Below are positions 17,625 through 27,152 of a stretch of 45,011 nt of DNA, piece by piece. Where the stretch lies: positions 1 to 45,011 of the IMG/VR virus record IMGVR_UViG_3300044878_000023. The stretch is one strand, 5' to 3'. The DNA is from a virus (lineage: Duplodnaviria > Caudoviricetes). The position numbers were made by a program, and so were the translations under genes. The notes below the pieces were generated by a model. That model did no database searches. It was not told where the DNA came from and saw nothing but the letters and a program-made list of their open reading frames with translations. Within the stretch, counting starts at the first letter, position 1, and each line of letters begins with the position of its first letter.

Positions 17625-17982
17625 CGAAAGCATCCTCGACTCTACGAAGCGTCAACTGGGTCTAGATCCGGAAGATGATTCGTTTGACTTAGAGGTTATC
17701 ATGCATATAAACTCGGTATTTTTCGTACTTACTCAATTGGGAGTCGGTCCAAAAACTGGATTCGTAATCTTGGGTAGGGGCGAAAAATGGGTAGATTTTA
17801 TGGGCGTGGACCATATTAATGCTGTTCGAACGTACATGGGTTTGAAGGTTAAACTCATATTTGATCCTCCGTCTACAGGACCTTTGGTTGCCGCGATGGA
17901 AAGTCAAGCAAATCAAATGGAATGGCGACTGAATGTATATTCTGAGGAGGTGAAATGGGTAACACAGCAGCAAACATCCTAA
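17614..17982 (+). CDS. probable head-tail connector/adaptor
   Basis: SILDSTK...FD.EVIMHINSVF..LTQLG...KVKLIFDPP; GGAGG RBS. Confidence 0.6.
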   Translation: MEDNESILDSTKRQLGLDPEDDSFDLEVIMHINSVFFVLTQLGVGPKTGFVILGRGEKWVDFMGVDHINAVRTYMGLKVKLIFDPPSTGPLVAAMESQANQMEWRLNVYSEEVKWVTQQQTS

Positions 17983-18428
17983 CCGCTCATGGTGTGGAAT
18001 TTACTGAAGATGAGCTTGCTCAATCTGGTGTAAAAGGTATGCGTTGGGGTCGACGTAAGAAGCAGTCTTCTTCGGAAGATAGCAGAGATGCTGAGCCTTC
18101 CAAACCTCGTGTTAAAGACATGAGTGACGACGACCTTAGGTCGGCAATCAATCGACTAAAAATGGAGAAAGAATTTGCGACGCTAACTACTCCTCAAGTA
18201 AATGCGGGTAAAAAGCTTGTCGGTAAAATGCTTCTCGATATTGGTCAGCAGATCGCTAAGGAATACGTTATTGCACAAGCCAATAGGAGTATCTACGGGC
18301 ATCCGGGCGGTATGAAAGCAGCTCTAGCAGCCGCTGAAGCTGCGGCTAAAAATCCAGAAAAAATAGCTAAAGCCGCTACAGCTGTCGCGCGTCCAGTAAT
18401 GCAGCTGAACAAGAACCACGGACTATAG
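17955..18428 (+). CDS. hypothetical, probable head-associated protein
   Basis: LAQSGVKGMRWGRR motif, MSDDDLR..INRL; GGAGGTG RBS. Confidence 0.7.
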   Translation: MGNTAANILTAHGVEFTEDELAQSGVKGMRWGRRKKQSSSEDSRDAEPSKPRVKDMSDDDLRSAINRLKMEKEFATLTTPQVNAGKKLVGKMLLDIGQQIAKEYVIAQANRSIYGHPGGMKAALAAAEAAAKNPEKIAKAATAVARPVMQLNKNHGL

Positions 18429-18443
18429 AAAGGAGGATTGGCG

Positions 18444-20192
18444 ATGGCCCTATCTAACACAGCAACACCCATTTATTATGGGAGATTCCGCGAGCAAGTG
18501 CTCCGTGGAGAAATCCCCGTATGTAAAGAGATCGCTGCCGAAATGTATCGGATTGATGCGCTCATCGCCAATCCTACTTACTACTATGACAACCTAGCTA
18601 TTAATGGTTTCATTAAATACTGCGAGAATGAGCTCACCCTAACAGACGGTAGTGATTTCCGTATGCTCGAAAGCTTTAAGCTTTGGGCGGAGCAGATCTT
18701 CGGATGGTACTGGTTCGAAACACTCACCGTGTACGAACCGTCTCCCGATAATCATGGCGGACGATACATTCAAAAGACTTTCAAGCGAAGACTGACGGTA
18801 AAGCAATACTTGATCGTTGCTCGTGGCGCAGCTAAGTCTATGTATGCCGAATGTATCCAGAGCTACTTTCTGAATGTGGATACGGAAACCTCGCATCAGA
18901 TCACTACTGCTCCGACTATGAAGCAGGCCGACGAAGTCATGTCGCCTTTCCGTACGGCGATCACTCGCTCGCGCGGACCTTTGTTCAAGTTCCTTACCGA
19001 AGGATCACTTCAGAACACAACGGGCAATAAGATGAATCGAGTCAAGCTTGCTTCTACGAAGAAGGGTATTGAGAACTTCCTGACGGGATCGCTTCTAGAA
19101 GTTCGCCCCATGAAGGTCGATAAGCTTCAGGGTCTCAGACCAAAAATCTCTACGGTTGACGAATGGCTTTCTGGAGACGTTCGAGAAGATGTCGTGGGCG
19201 CTATCGAGCAGGGTGCGTCTAAGCTAGAGAACTATCTGATCGTTGCGATCAGCTCTGAGGGTACTGTCCGTAACGGTAGCGGCGACACCATCAAAATGGA
19301 ACTAGCTGACATGCTCAAGGGCGACTTCTATGCGCCTCACGTTTCTATCTGGCACTATAAGCTCGATGAACTGGAGGAAGTGAATGATGCTAGCATGTGG
19401 GAAAAAGCGCAACCTAACATCGGGCAGACAGTCTCCTACGATACTTACCAGCGAGATGTTGAACGAGCTGAGAAAGCACCTGCATCTCGGAACGATATCT
19501 TGGCTAAGCGCTTCGGAATTCCCATGGAGGGATATACGTACTTCTTCAGTTACGAAGAGACGGAAATCCATAAGCGTGTACCAAACTTCTGGCAGCTACC
19601 TTGTGCTATGGGAGCTGACCTCTCACAGGGTGATGACTTCTGTGCCTTCACTTTCCTGTTTCCTTTGCGCAATGGGGACTTTGGAGTAGTAACCCGAAGC
19701 TACATCTCTGAGAACACACACCTTAAGCTTTCTAGTGGTCCTCGCCAGAAGTATGAAGAATTCATTAAAGAGGCGAGTCTTCACGTACTTCCGGGAATCG
19801 TGCTAGACATGATGGCGGTCTACGATGATCTTGACAAGTTTATCGAAGAGCAAGGTTATGACGTTCGGGCCTTTGGGTTCGACCCCTATAACGCTAAAGA
19901 GTTCGTTACTCGCTGGGAACAGGAGAATGGACCCTTTGGTATTGAGAAAGTCCCTCAGGGAGCTCGTACAGAATCTGTTCCACTCGGTGAACTAAAGCAA
20001 CTTAGTGAGCGCCGTATGCTCTTGTTCGATCAGTCTCTCATGAGCTTTGCTATGGGTAACGCCATCACAATGGAGGATACTAATGGTAACCGTAAGCTCT
20101 TGAAGAAACGTGCAGACCAGAAGATTGATAATGTGGCTGCTCTGATGGACGCATATGTAGCATACAAAGCCAACAAGGAGGCGTTTGAGTGA
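18444..20192 (+). CDS. terL: terminase large subunit
   Basis: Walker A VARGAAKS, Walker B TVDE, nuclease GADLSQGDDF, FDPYNA, KIDNVAA; AGGAGG 7 nt before ATG. Confidence 0.93.
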   Translation: MALSNTATPIYYGRFREQVLRGEIPVCKEIAAEMYRIDALIANPTYYYDNLAINGFIKYCENELTLTDGSDFRMLESFKLWAEQIFGWYWFETLTVYEPSPDNHGGRYIQKTFKRRLTVKQYLIVARGAAKSMYAECIQSYFLNVDTETSHQITTAPTMKQADEVMSPFRTAITRSRGPLFKFLTEGSLQNTTGNKMNRVKLASTKKGIENFLTGSLLEVRPMKVDKLQGLRPKISTVDEWLSGDVREDVVGAIEQGASKLENYLIVAISSEGTVRNGSGDTIKMELADMLKGDFYAPHVSIWHYKLDELEEVNDASMWEKAQPNIGQTVSYDTYQRDVERAEKAPASRNDILAKRFGIPMEGYTYFFSYEETEIHKRVPNFWQLPCAMGADLSQGDDFCAFTFLFPLRNGDFGVVTRSYISENTHLKLSSGPRQKYEEFIKEASLHVLPGIVLDMMAVYDDLDKFIEEQGYDVRAFGFDPYNAKEFVTRWEQENGPFGIEKVPQGARTESVPLGELKQLSERRMLLFDQSLMSFAMGNAITMEDTNGNRKLLKKRADQKIDNVAALMDAYVAYKANKEAFE

Positions 20193-20240
20193 GTGATATT
20201 TTAATTGCTCGAATCCTATTTCAGAGAGGAGGTAAAACTT

Positions 20241-21575
20241 ATGGGAATATTTAGTCGACTTAGAGATAGTCTAGTTCACGCTGCATACGATACTTTTGCA
20301 AAAGACCAAACCAGTCGATTCCAATCTTGGGGTGGCGGATCGGCAAATTATGGCGTAAATCCTAGTCGATTGCGTAGTGGAATGAGTGGCGATCGAACGA
20401 TTACGACTTCTATCTACAACCAGATCGCAATGGATGTTGCTGCACTAGATCTGATGCACGTTCGTCTTGACTCGAAGCGACGGTTTAAAGAACCGATGCC
20501 TAGCGGGCTTAATTACTGCCTGACTGTCGAAGCAAACTTGGATGAAGGTGCTAGGGCTTTTCGACAGAACGTCGCCATGACTCTTTTCGATAAGGGCACG
20601 GCTGCTATTTGTATTATGGAAGCGGATAAAGATCCGGCAATTTCGATGTCTTACGATATCGAGACGATTCGTGTCGGTGAAGTAGTAGGGTGGATGCCTG
20701 AACATGTTCGCGTTCTGATCTATAATCAGAAGACGGGCATCAAAGACGAGTTGACGCTTCCCAAGCGACAGGTAGCCATTGTTGAAAACCCGCTGTATGC
20801 AGTCATGAATGACGAGGTTTCGACACTAAAACGTCTAACCCGTAAGTTGAGCATCCTCGACGCGATTGATGAACAGGCCGGTTCCGGTAAGCTGGATATC
20901 ATCATTCAGCTTCCATATGTCGTTAAATCTGACTCACGTAAAGCTCAAGCTGCGGCACGTCGACAGGACATGGAAGATCAGCTGCATAATTCTAAGTATG
21001 GCGTTGCTTATGCTGACGCTACAGAAAAGATTACACAGCTTAATCGACCTGCTGAAAACAACATGCTGGCACAAGTCGAGTTCCTAACCCAGCAGCTATA
21101 TTCGCAACTCGGCATCCCAAAAATCGTCTTTGACGGTACTGCCGATGAAAAAGCTATGAAGATCTATCACAATCGAACTGTCGAGCCAATTATTACAGCA
21201 ATCGCACAGGGCATCGAACGAAAGTTCTTGTCCAAGACTGCTAGGTCTCAGGGTCAGGCAATTAGATTCTTCAGAGATCCGTTCAAGGATGTTGGTATTT
21301 CCGAACTAGGGCCTCTCATTGATGCACTTTCTAGGAACGAAGTCCTCTCACCTAATGAAATTCGAACAGGTATCGGTTTCATGCCTTCGGATGACCCTAA
21401 GTCTGACCTGTTGCTTAACTCCAACATGCCGGGCTCTGGTGACGCATCAAGCGTGGACTCTGCTGCTGTGTCTTCCGAGGATGATACTTCCGAACAGGAT
21501 AGTTTGTTTGAAGAAACGCTAGCCTCATTGGAAGCGAGTGCAGACAAAATCCTCGCGGATAGTGAGAACGTATGA
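20241..21575 (+). CDS. portal protein
   Basis: Follows terL; HK97-portal-like features (IYNQIAMDVA, YSQLGIP, LSPNEIR..IG); GGAGG RBS. Confidence 0.88.
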   Translation: MGIFSRLRDSLVHAAYDTFAKDQTSRFQSWGGGSANYGVNPSRLRSGMSGDRTITTSIYNQIAMDVAALDLMHVRLDSKRRFKEPMPSGLNYCLTVEANLDEGARAFRQNVAMTLFDKGTAAICIMEADKDPAISMSYDIETIRVGEVVGWMPEHVRVLIYNQKTGIKDELTLPKRQVAIVENPLYAVMNDEVSTLKRLTRKLSILDAIDEQAGSGKLDIIIQLPYVVKSDSRKAQAAARRQDMEDQLHNSKYGVAYADATEKITQLNRPAENNMLAQVEFLTQQLYSQLGIPKIVFDGTADEKAMKIYHNRTVEPIITAIAQGIERKFLSKTARSQGQAIRFFRDPFKDVGISELGPLIDALSRNEVLSPNEIRTGIGFMPSDDPKSDLLLNSNMPGSGDASSVDSAAVSSEDDTSEQDSLFEETLASLEASADKILADSENV

Positions 21576-22180
21576 CGGTGGATAAAACCGAAGTCAGAGC
21601 GTTTCTAGCACATGCTTCCGAGGGTTACGACCCGGCAAAAGCTCATGAGTACTATATGCAAAATAGAGAACTCAAGGATGCTAAACCAGCTTCGAGCGAA
21701 TCTAAAGGGCAGCGAAAAGTTAGAGTGCAAGCAGACAAACAGACCCGTGCTAAGAAAAGCTCTGAATCTAAAAGTCTAACTTCCGAGAAAGCTGCTCAGT
21801 TAAAACAGCTTCGTAGTAATGCTGAGGCTAGTCGAAAGCGTATCGAGGAAAATCTGAGTAAACATCTTGCGAAATTAAACCTTCAAAAGATGATTCCGCT
21901 CTATGAAATTCCAGAAAACGCCAGTGACGCGGTCAGGGAATACCTGACTAAGCAGAACTCGAAGATATCTGAGAAAAACGCACTCGAAGCCACCAACAAT
22001 AGGGTCGCTTCTAAAGTCAGGTCGGAGGCTCGTGCTGAAATGCAACGAGTCGGTACTGAGTTGAAAGCGGCAGTAGCTACAGCACGCGATTCGTATGCTA
22101 AAGCTAAAGCAGGACTCAATGGGAAGTACCCAACACCTGCCGATACAAAACCTAAGAACGACTCAGCTAACGTGAAATAG
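21572..22180 (+). CDS. hypothetical basic coiled-coil protein, probably head-associated
   Basis: FLAH...YDPAKAHEYY; ATGA overlap; lies between portal and capsid. Confidence 0.7.
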   Translation: MTVDKTEVRAFLAHASEGYDPAKAHEYYMQNRELKDAKPASSESKGQRKVRVQADKQTRAKKSSESKSLTSEKAAQLKQLRSNAEASRKRIEENLSKHLAKLNLQKMIPLYEIPENASDAVREYLTKQNSKISEKNALEATNNRVASKVRSEARAEMQRVGTELKAAVATARDSYAKAKAGLNGKYPTPADTKPKNDSANVK

Positions 22181-22201
22181 AAAGGGAGGTGAACCTTCAA
22201 A

Positions 22202-24409
22202 ATGACAGTAGTGGCTACTAAGATTCCTGACTTCACAGGATACGCAACTCGATTTGACGTCGAGTGCAGCGATGGTCGTACCATCAAGCACAGCGCATTC
22301 AAGCATCAGGATACTCAGCAGGTTCAGCTAGTATGGCAGCACCAGCACGACAGCCCCAGCAACGTCCTTGGGCACGCATTTCTTTATCAGCGTGAGGATG
22401 GCGTCTACACGGAGGCCTTCTTTAACGAGACTCAAGCGGCAAAGGATGCTAAAGAACTCGTTCGTCACGGCGATGTGAAAGCTCTTTCGATCTTTGCTAA
22501 CAAGCTTAGGCAGGAAGGCGGCGATGTTGTTCACGGCAACATCATCGAAGTAAGCCTCGTCTATAAGGGTGCTAACGATCAGGCAGTGATCATGGATGTC
22601 AATCTCCAGCACGCCGCTGACGGTACCGACACCATGATCGGTGAAGTAATCATCTACTCGGGTGAGGAATTCACGATCTCGCACGCCGACTCGGCCGATA
22701 AAGCCGACGAAGCAGACACTTCTTCTGGCGATGGCGAGAGTGTTAGCGACGTTGTCGACAGCATGACTCCTAAGCAGAAGAAGGTTCTGTACGCTCTGGT
22801 CGTTGATGCTTCCGGAGACAAAAAGTTCGCCCATGGTGATGCCGATTCTGACATCATCCTACACAGCGACGAAGATGACGAAGAGGTGAGCGTTAACGAG
22901 GTCAAAGAATCTCTTACGCCCACACAGAAGGAAGTCTTCGAAGCACTGGTCGAAGAAGCTGGAAAGTCAGATGATGAATCTGATGATTCGGACGATTCCA
23001 ACACAAACTCTGAAGAGGCTGATGAGTCTACTGACTCTACTGACTCCGATGACAATACCTCTGATGAGTCGACCGACTCTGAAGATTCTGAAAAACTCCA
23101 GCACAATCAGGAAGGCTCTGCCAACATGAGCAAGTACTCTGCATTCGAAAATGGCGCGACTGGCGGCACGGCTGTCAAGGATCGCTACACCCTTACCCAC
23201 TCCGACGTTCTTGAGCTCAACGGACTCGCCGAGTCCACGGGCTCCTACAAGAAGGCGTATGATCAGTTCTCTCTGAACCACGCTGACTACGGCATCGAGA
23301 ACATCGACATCCTCTTCCCGGATGCTCGCGTTTCTTCGCAGACGCCGGAGCTCATCTCCCGCCAGACCGAATGGGTCTCCAAGGTCCTCGGCGCAACGAA
23401 GCACGCTCCGTTCGCCAAGATCAAGACCATCCTCGCGGACCTGACGGCTGAGGAAGCTCGAGCCAAGGGTTACGTCACGGGCGCACTCAAGAAGGAAGAA
23501 GTTGTAGTCCTTCTTCAGCGCTCCACCTCTCCTGCAACCATCTACAAGAAGCAGAAGCTGGACCGTGACAACGTCATCGACATCACGGATATCGACATCA
23601 TTTCATGGCTGAAGTGGGAAATCCGCTTCATGCTGAATGAGGAAATCGCTCGCGCGATCCTCATCGGTGATGGTCGTACCGTTGGTCACGCTGACAAGAT
23701 CAAGGACCCGCAGGGACAGACCGATGGTCTCGGCATCCGCTCCGTCGCGAACGACCACGAACTGTACGCTCACAAGGTGGAGCTCGCCGCCAACGTTGCG
23801 CCCGACGTGATGATCGATGAGATCACTCGCGCGCGTACCAACTACCGCGGTTCCGGCTCCCCGACGTTCTACACCACCGACGCCGTTCTTACCGAAATGC
23901 TCCTGCTGAAGGACAAGATGGGCCGTCGTCTGTACGAGACGGAGGCTTCGCTCGCCGCGGCTATCCGCGTCAAGGAGATCGTTCCGGTCGAACCGATGGG
24001 CGAGGACCCGACTCTGCTCGGCATCATCGTCAACCTGATCGACTACACCGTTGGTACCAACAAGGGTGGCGAGATCACCTCGTTCGAGCAGTTCGACATC
24101 GACTTCAACCAGTACAAGTACCTGATGGAAACCCGTATGTCGGGTGCTCTGACCAAGCCCAAGTCGGCTCTGGTCATCACTCGTGATGCAGGTACCGTCG
24201 CTACCGCCACGGCTCCGACCTTCGTTACGGGCACTAACACCCTGACGATCCCGACCACCACGGGCGTCAACTACGTGATCGATGGTTCTGTCGTTCCTGC
24301 CGGTGACATCGTGATCGAAGAGACCACGGATGTCTACGCTGAGCCGAAGGTGGGCTTCTACCTCGCTCCGCTGTCGACTCGCCACTGGGTCTTCACCTAC
24401 ACCGCGTAG
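22202..24409 (+). CDS. prohead protease / scaffold / major capsid fusion protein
   Basis: N-term HK97-type protease (FTGYA, WQH.H...LG, LSI, EVSLV..GAN), acidic linker, capsid (EEIARAILIGDG), C-terminal Ig-like region; strong codon bias. Confidence 0.9.
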   Translation: MTVVATKIPDFTGYATRFDVECSDGRTIKHSAFKHQDTQQVQLVWQHQHDSPSNVLGHAFLYQREDGVYTEAFFNETQAAKDAKELVRHGDVKALSIFANKLRQEGGDVVHGNIIEVSLVYKGANDQAVIMDVNLQHAADGTDTMIGEVIIYSGEEFTISHADSADKADEADTSSGDGESVSDVVDSMTPKQKKVLYALVVDASGDKKFAHGDADSDIILHSDEDDEEVSVNEVKESLTPTQKEVFEALVEEAGKSDDESDDSDDSNTNSEEADESTDSTDSDDNTSDESTDSEDSEKLQHNQEGSANMSKYSAFENGATGGTAVKDRYTLTHSDVLELNGLAESTGSYKKAYDQFSLNHADYGIENIDILFPDARVSSQTPELISRQTEWVSKVLGATKHAPFAKIKTILADLTAEEARAKGYVTGALKKEEVVVLLQRSTSPATIYKKQKLDRDNVIDITDIDIISWLKWEIRFMLNEEIARAILIGDGRTVGHADKIKDPQGQTDGLGIRSVANDHELYAHKVELAANVAPDVMIDEITRARTNYRGSGSPTFYTTDAVLTEMLLLKDKMGRRLYETEASLAAAIRVKEIVPVEPMGEDPTLLGIIVNLIDYTVGTNKGGEITSFEQFDIDFNQYKYLMETRMSGALTKPKSALVITRDAGTVATATAPTFVTGTNTLTIPTTTGVNYVIDGSVVPAGDIVIEETTDVYAEPKVGFYLAPLSTRHWVFTYTA

Positions 24410-24422
24410 CTGAAACTTCAAA

Positions 24423-24764
24423 ATGGCACGATTCTACGGTGAAATCGGTTTCGGGGACATCGTGGAAACATCGCCGGGCATTACGGAGGACGTCATCACA
24501 GAGAAAAAATTCTTTGGTGACGTCCTCCGTAGTAACTTTCGAACCAATTCTAGCGACAAGATTAATACCGATACTTCTATAAACAACTCGATCAGTATTG
24601 TTGGAAACAAGTACGCATTCGAACATATTATGCGTATGCGTTACATCAAGTTTGAGAACGTTTTTTGGAAGATCGATACTGTCGAAATCCAGCGCCCCCG
24701 TCTTATTATAGGAATGGGGGACGTCTACAATGGACCGAAGGCTACAGCTCCAAGCGTTGTTTAG
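24423..24764 (+). CDS. head-closure / head-tail joining protein
   Basis: Position after capsid; MARFYGEIGF...WKI..VE..RPRL. Confidence 0.65.
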   Translation: MARFYGEIGFGDIVETSPGITEDVITEKKFFGDVLRSNFRTNSSDKINTDTSINNSISIVGNKYAFEHIMRMRYIKFENVFWKIDTVEIQRPRLIIGMGDVYNGPKATAPSVV

Positions 24765-25035
24765 TGGAATTCCCGGAGTTACGAAAGTATACTTTCAGGA
24801 ACCGTCGGCAGATTTGATGGAGTATCCATGCATTATCTATCATCTAGATAAGCGTGAATCTACTCATGCAGACAACACTCCATACCGTCATTCGAAGCGC
24901 TACCAAGTAACAGTTATAGATGGTAATGGGCTAAGTACCATTCCGGACGCAGTTGCTAACCTACCACTTTGCTCTTTTGATAGGCGCTTCGTGGTAGCCA
25001 AACTTTATCATGATGTATTCAATCTGTACTTCTGA
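24730..25035 (+). CDS. tail terminator-like protein
   Basis: VYFQEP...YPCIIY; position before major tail. Confidence 0.65.
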   Translation: MDRRLQLQALFSGIPGVTKVYFQEPSADLMEYPCIIYHLDKRESTHADNTPYRHSKRYQVTVIDGNGLSTIPDAVANLPLCSFDRRFVVAKLYHDVFNLYF

Positions 25036-25049
25036 AAGGAAGCTAATCC

Positions 25050-25715
25050 ATGGCTAAACTCAACTGGGCCACCCCCGGCGACCGGGTCTTCGAGACCGGT
25101 GTCAGCAAGGGTGTTCTCTACCGCCGTAGTGTCGATGGTGCTTACGACAAGGCTACCCCTTGGGTCGGTCTCGTCTCGATCACCGAAAGCCCCTCGGGTG
25201 CTGAATCCAACAAGCAGTACGCAGACAACGGGGTTTACGCAAACCTCATTTCTGCTGAAGAACTCAGCGCAACGCTCGAGGCCTTCGCCTATCCCGAAGA
25301 GTTCGCTACCTGCGATGGCTCTGCTGAAATCACCGCTGGTGTATTCATCGGTCAGCAGAAGCGCGAAATCTTTGGTCTGGCTTACCGGACTGAGATCGGT
25401 AATGACCTTAGCTCTGAAGCAGGCTACAAGCTCCACCTGCTCTACGGTGCTCAGGCCGCTCCGACGGAAAAGGCCTACACCACGATCAATGACTCGCCTG
25501 AAGCCAACACCTTCAGCTGGGAACTGTCGACCATTCCGGTCGATGTCCCCGGGTTCAAGCCTACTGCGCTGCTCACGATCGATTCCACCAAGGTCAGCGC
25601 TTCGGACCTCGCTGCTCTGGAAGATCTGCTTTACGGCACGACTACTGGCACTGCCGAGCTCCCTCTGCCCGCTGAAATTGTGGCTCTCTTTGAGTCCACG
25701 GCAGATGCACCGTAA
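25050..25715 (+). CDS. major tail protein
   Basis: FETGVSKGVLY, YADN..Y, FGLAYRT, GYKLHLLY, AAPTEK.Y.T; strong codon bias. Confidence 0.88.
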   Translation: MAKLNWATPGDRVFETGVSKGVLYRRSVDGAYDKATPWVGLVSITESPSGAESNKQYADNGVYANLISAEELSATLEAFAYPEEFATCDGSAEITAGVFIGQQKREIFGLAYRTEIGNDLSSEAGYKLHLLYGAQAAPTEKAYTTINDSPEANTFSWELSTIPVDVPGFKPTALLTIDSTKVSASDLAALEDLLYGTTTGTAELPLPAEIVALFESTADAP

Positions 25716-25746
25716 CAGTTATTAACAAATGAAAGGAGACCAGAGA

Positions 25747-26304
25747 ATGCTTACCTTAAACATTCCGGGTATCGAACAATGGGACGAATCTAAACAAGAA
25801 TTCGTTTACACAGAAGGCGTTACTTTGGAGTTGGAGCATTCTCTGGTCTCCCTTTCAAAATGGGAGTCTATTTGGGAAAAACCTTTTCTAAGTCCAGACC
25901 CAAAGACTACTGAGGAGACGCTTTCATACATCGAAGCTATGACCCTCACTCGCGATTTTCCAAAAGATGTATTCCAAAGACTTTCCGCTGAAGATTACCA
26001 GCGAATCAATGCCTATATCGAGTCGAAGATGACAGCTACTTGGATTACTGAAAAGAAAGACGCGCCGGGCGCCAGTAAACGTAGAGAGATCATCACTGCT
26101 GAGATCATCTATTTTTGGATGAGTTCGCATGACATCGCTAAAGAATTTGAAACATGGCACCTTAATCGTTTGATTACTCTAATTAAGGTAGCTAATGAAA
26201 AGAGTAAGCCGCCCGAGAAGAATAAGAAACTGACTAAGAATGACTTGGCTTCTCGACAAGCAGAGAATGCACGACGGCAGGCTATGCTGAATAATCAAGG
26301 CTAA
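25747..26304 (+). CDS. probable tail assembly chaperone
   Basis: Follows major tail; LEHSLVSLSKWES, WHLNRLITLI; AAAGGAG RBS. Confidence 0.6.
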   Translation: MLTLNIPGIEQWDESKQEFVYTEGVTLELEHSLVSLSKWESIWEKPFLSPDPKTTEETLSYIEAMTLTRDFPKDVFQRLSAEDYQRINAYIESKMTATWITEKKDAPGASKRREIITAEIIYFWMSSHDIAKEFETWHLNRLITLIKVANEKSKPPEKNKKLTKNDLASRQAENARRQAMLNNQG

Positions 26305-26336
26305 CGCTGATCGCCCAACTGGAAGGAGGTACCGGC

Positions 26337-27152
26337 ATGACTAAGCTAACATGGAATAACGCAGGAGATCGATTCTTTGAAACTGGAGTCGATAAAGGCG
26401 TATTTTACAAATCAAACGGCTATGGAGTTGTATGGAATGGTCTAAAGACTATAACGGAAACTCTTTCCGGTGGGGAACCTACACCTTATTACGTAGACGG
26501 TATTAAATACCTGAATGTTGCAGCTCCCGAAGAATTCGGGGGTACTATTGGAGCGTTCATGTATCCTGAAGAATTTGCTGAGTACGACGGTACTGTTGAA
26601 CTGTACGACGGATTTTCAGTAAATCTACAGCGAAGAAAAGAATTTGGATTATCGTATCGAACTTTGATCGGAAGCGATCTAAAGACCGAAGGTTATGGGT
26701 ATAAACTTCACATTATTTATAACCTGCTAGCCTCGCCTACATCGAAAGTAAATCAAACTCTTAGTGAAAATATGACTACGGTCGACTTCTCATGGGGATT
26801 TACTACTAGGCCAGCTCCCGTAAAAGTCGGAAATACACTCATTCGCACTGCGCATGTAATCTTGGATTCTACTAAGGTTAGTATCGGTATGATGCGAGCT
26901 GTCGAGGATTATCTGTATGGTTCGGACACCAGATCCTCAAAAATCATAAGTTTAGATACCTTGGTATCGTGGTTCATACTCGGAGGAGAACCTTTGGAAA
27001 TCGTAGCTAACACATCCACGGGCATTTACACCCTCAAACAAGACGGTCTTCCAGACCTCGTCACTACAGATGTCGAAGGTGTATACGCGATCCCTTCGGC
27101 GACACGTCTTGTGTCCTCTACACCTACCGGTTTCTACACATTGGGGCCTTAA
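26337..27152 (+). CDS. second major-tail-protein paralog
   Basis: Collinear with 25050 ORF (FETGVDKGVFY, FGLSYRT, GYKLHIIY, DSTKVS) plus C-terminal extension. Confidence 0.82.
   Translation: MTKLTWNNAGDRFFETGVDKGVFYKSNGYGVVWNGLKTITETLSGGEPTPYYVDGIKYLNVAAPEEFGGTIGAFMYPEEFAEYDGTVELYDGFSVNLQRRKEFGLSYRTLIGSDLKTEGYGYKLHIIYNLLASPTSKVNQTLSENMTTVDFSWGFTTRPAPVKVGNTLIRTAHVILDSTKVSIGMMRAVEDYLYGSDTRSSKIISLDTLVSWFILGGEPLEIVANTSTGIYTLKQDGLPDLVTTDVEGVYAIPSATRLVSSTPTGFYTLGP

Noticed and set aside
25747-26336. Programmed -1 frameshift in the tail assembly chaperone
   Set aside because: No overlapping downstream ORF needing a shift; the next gene has its own strong RBS.
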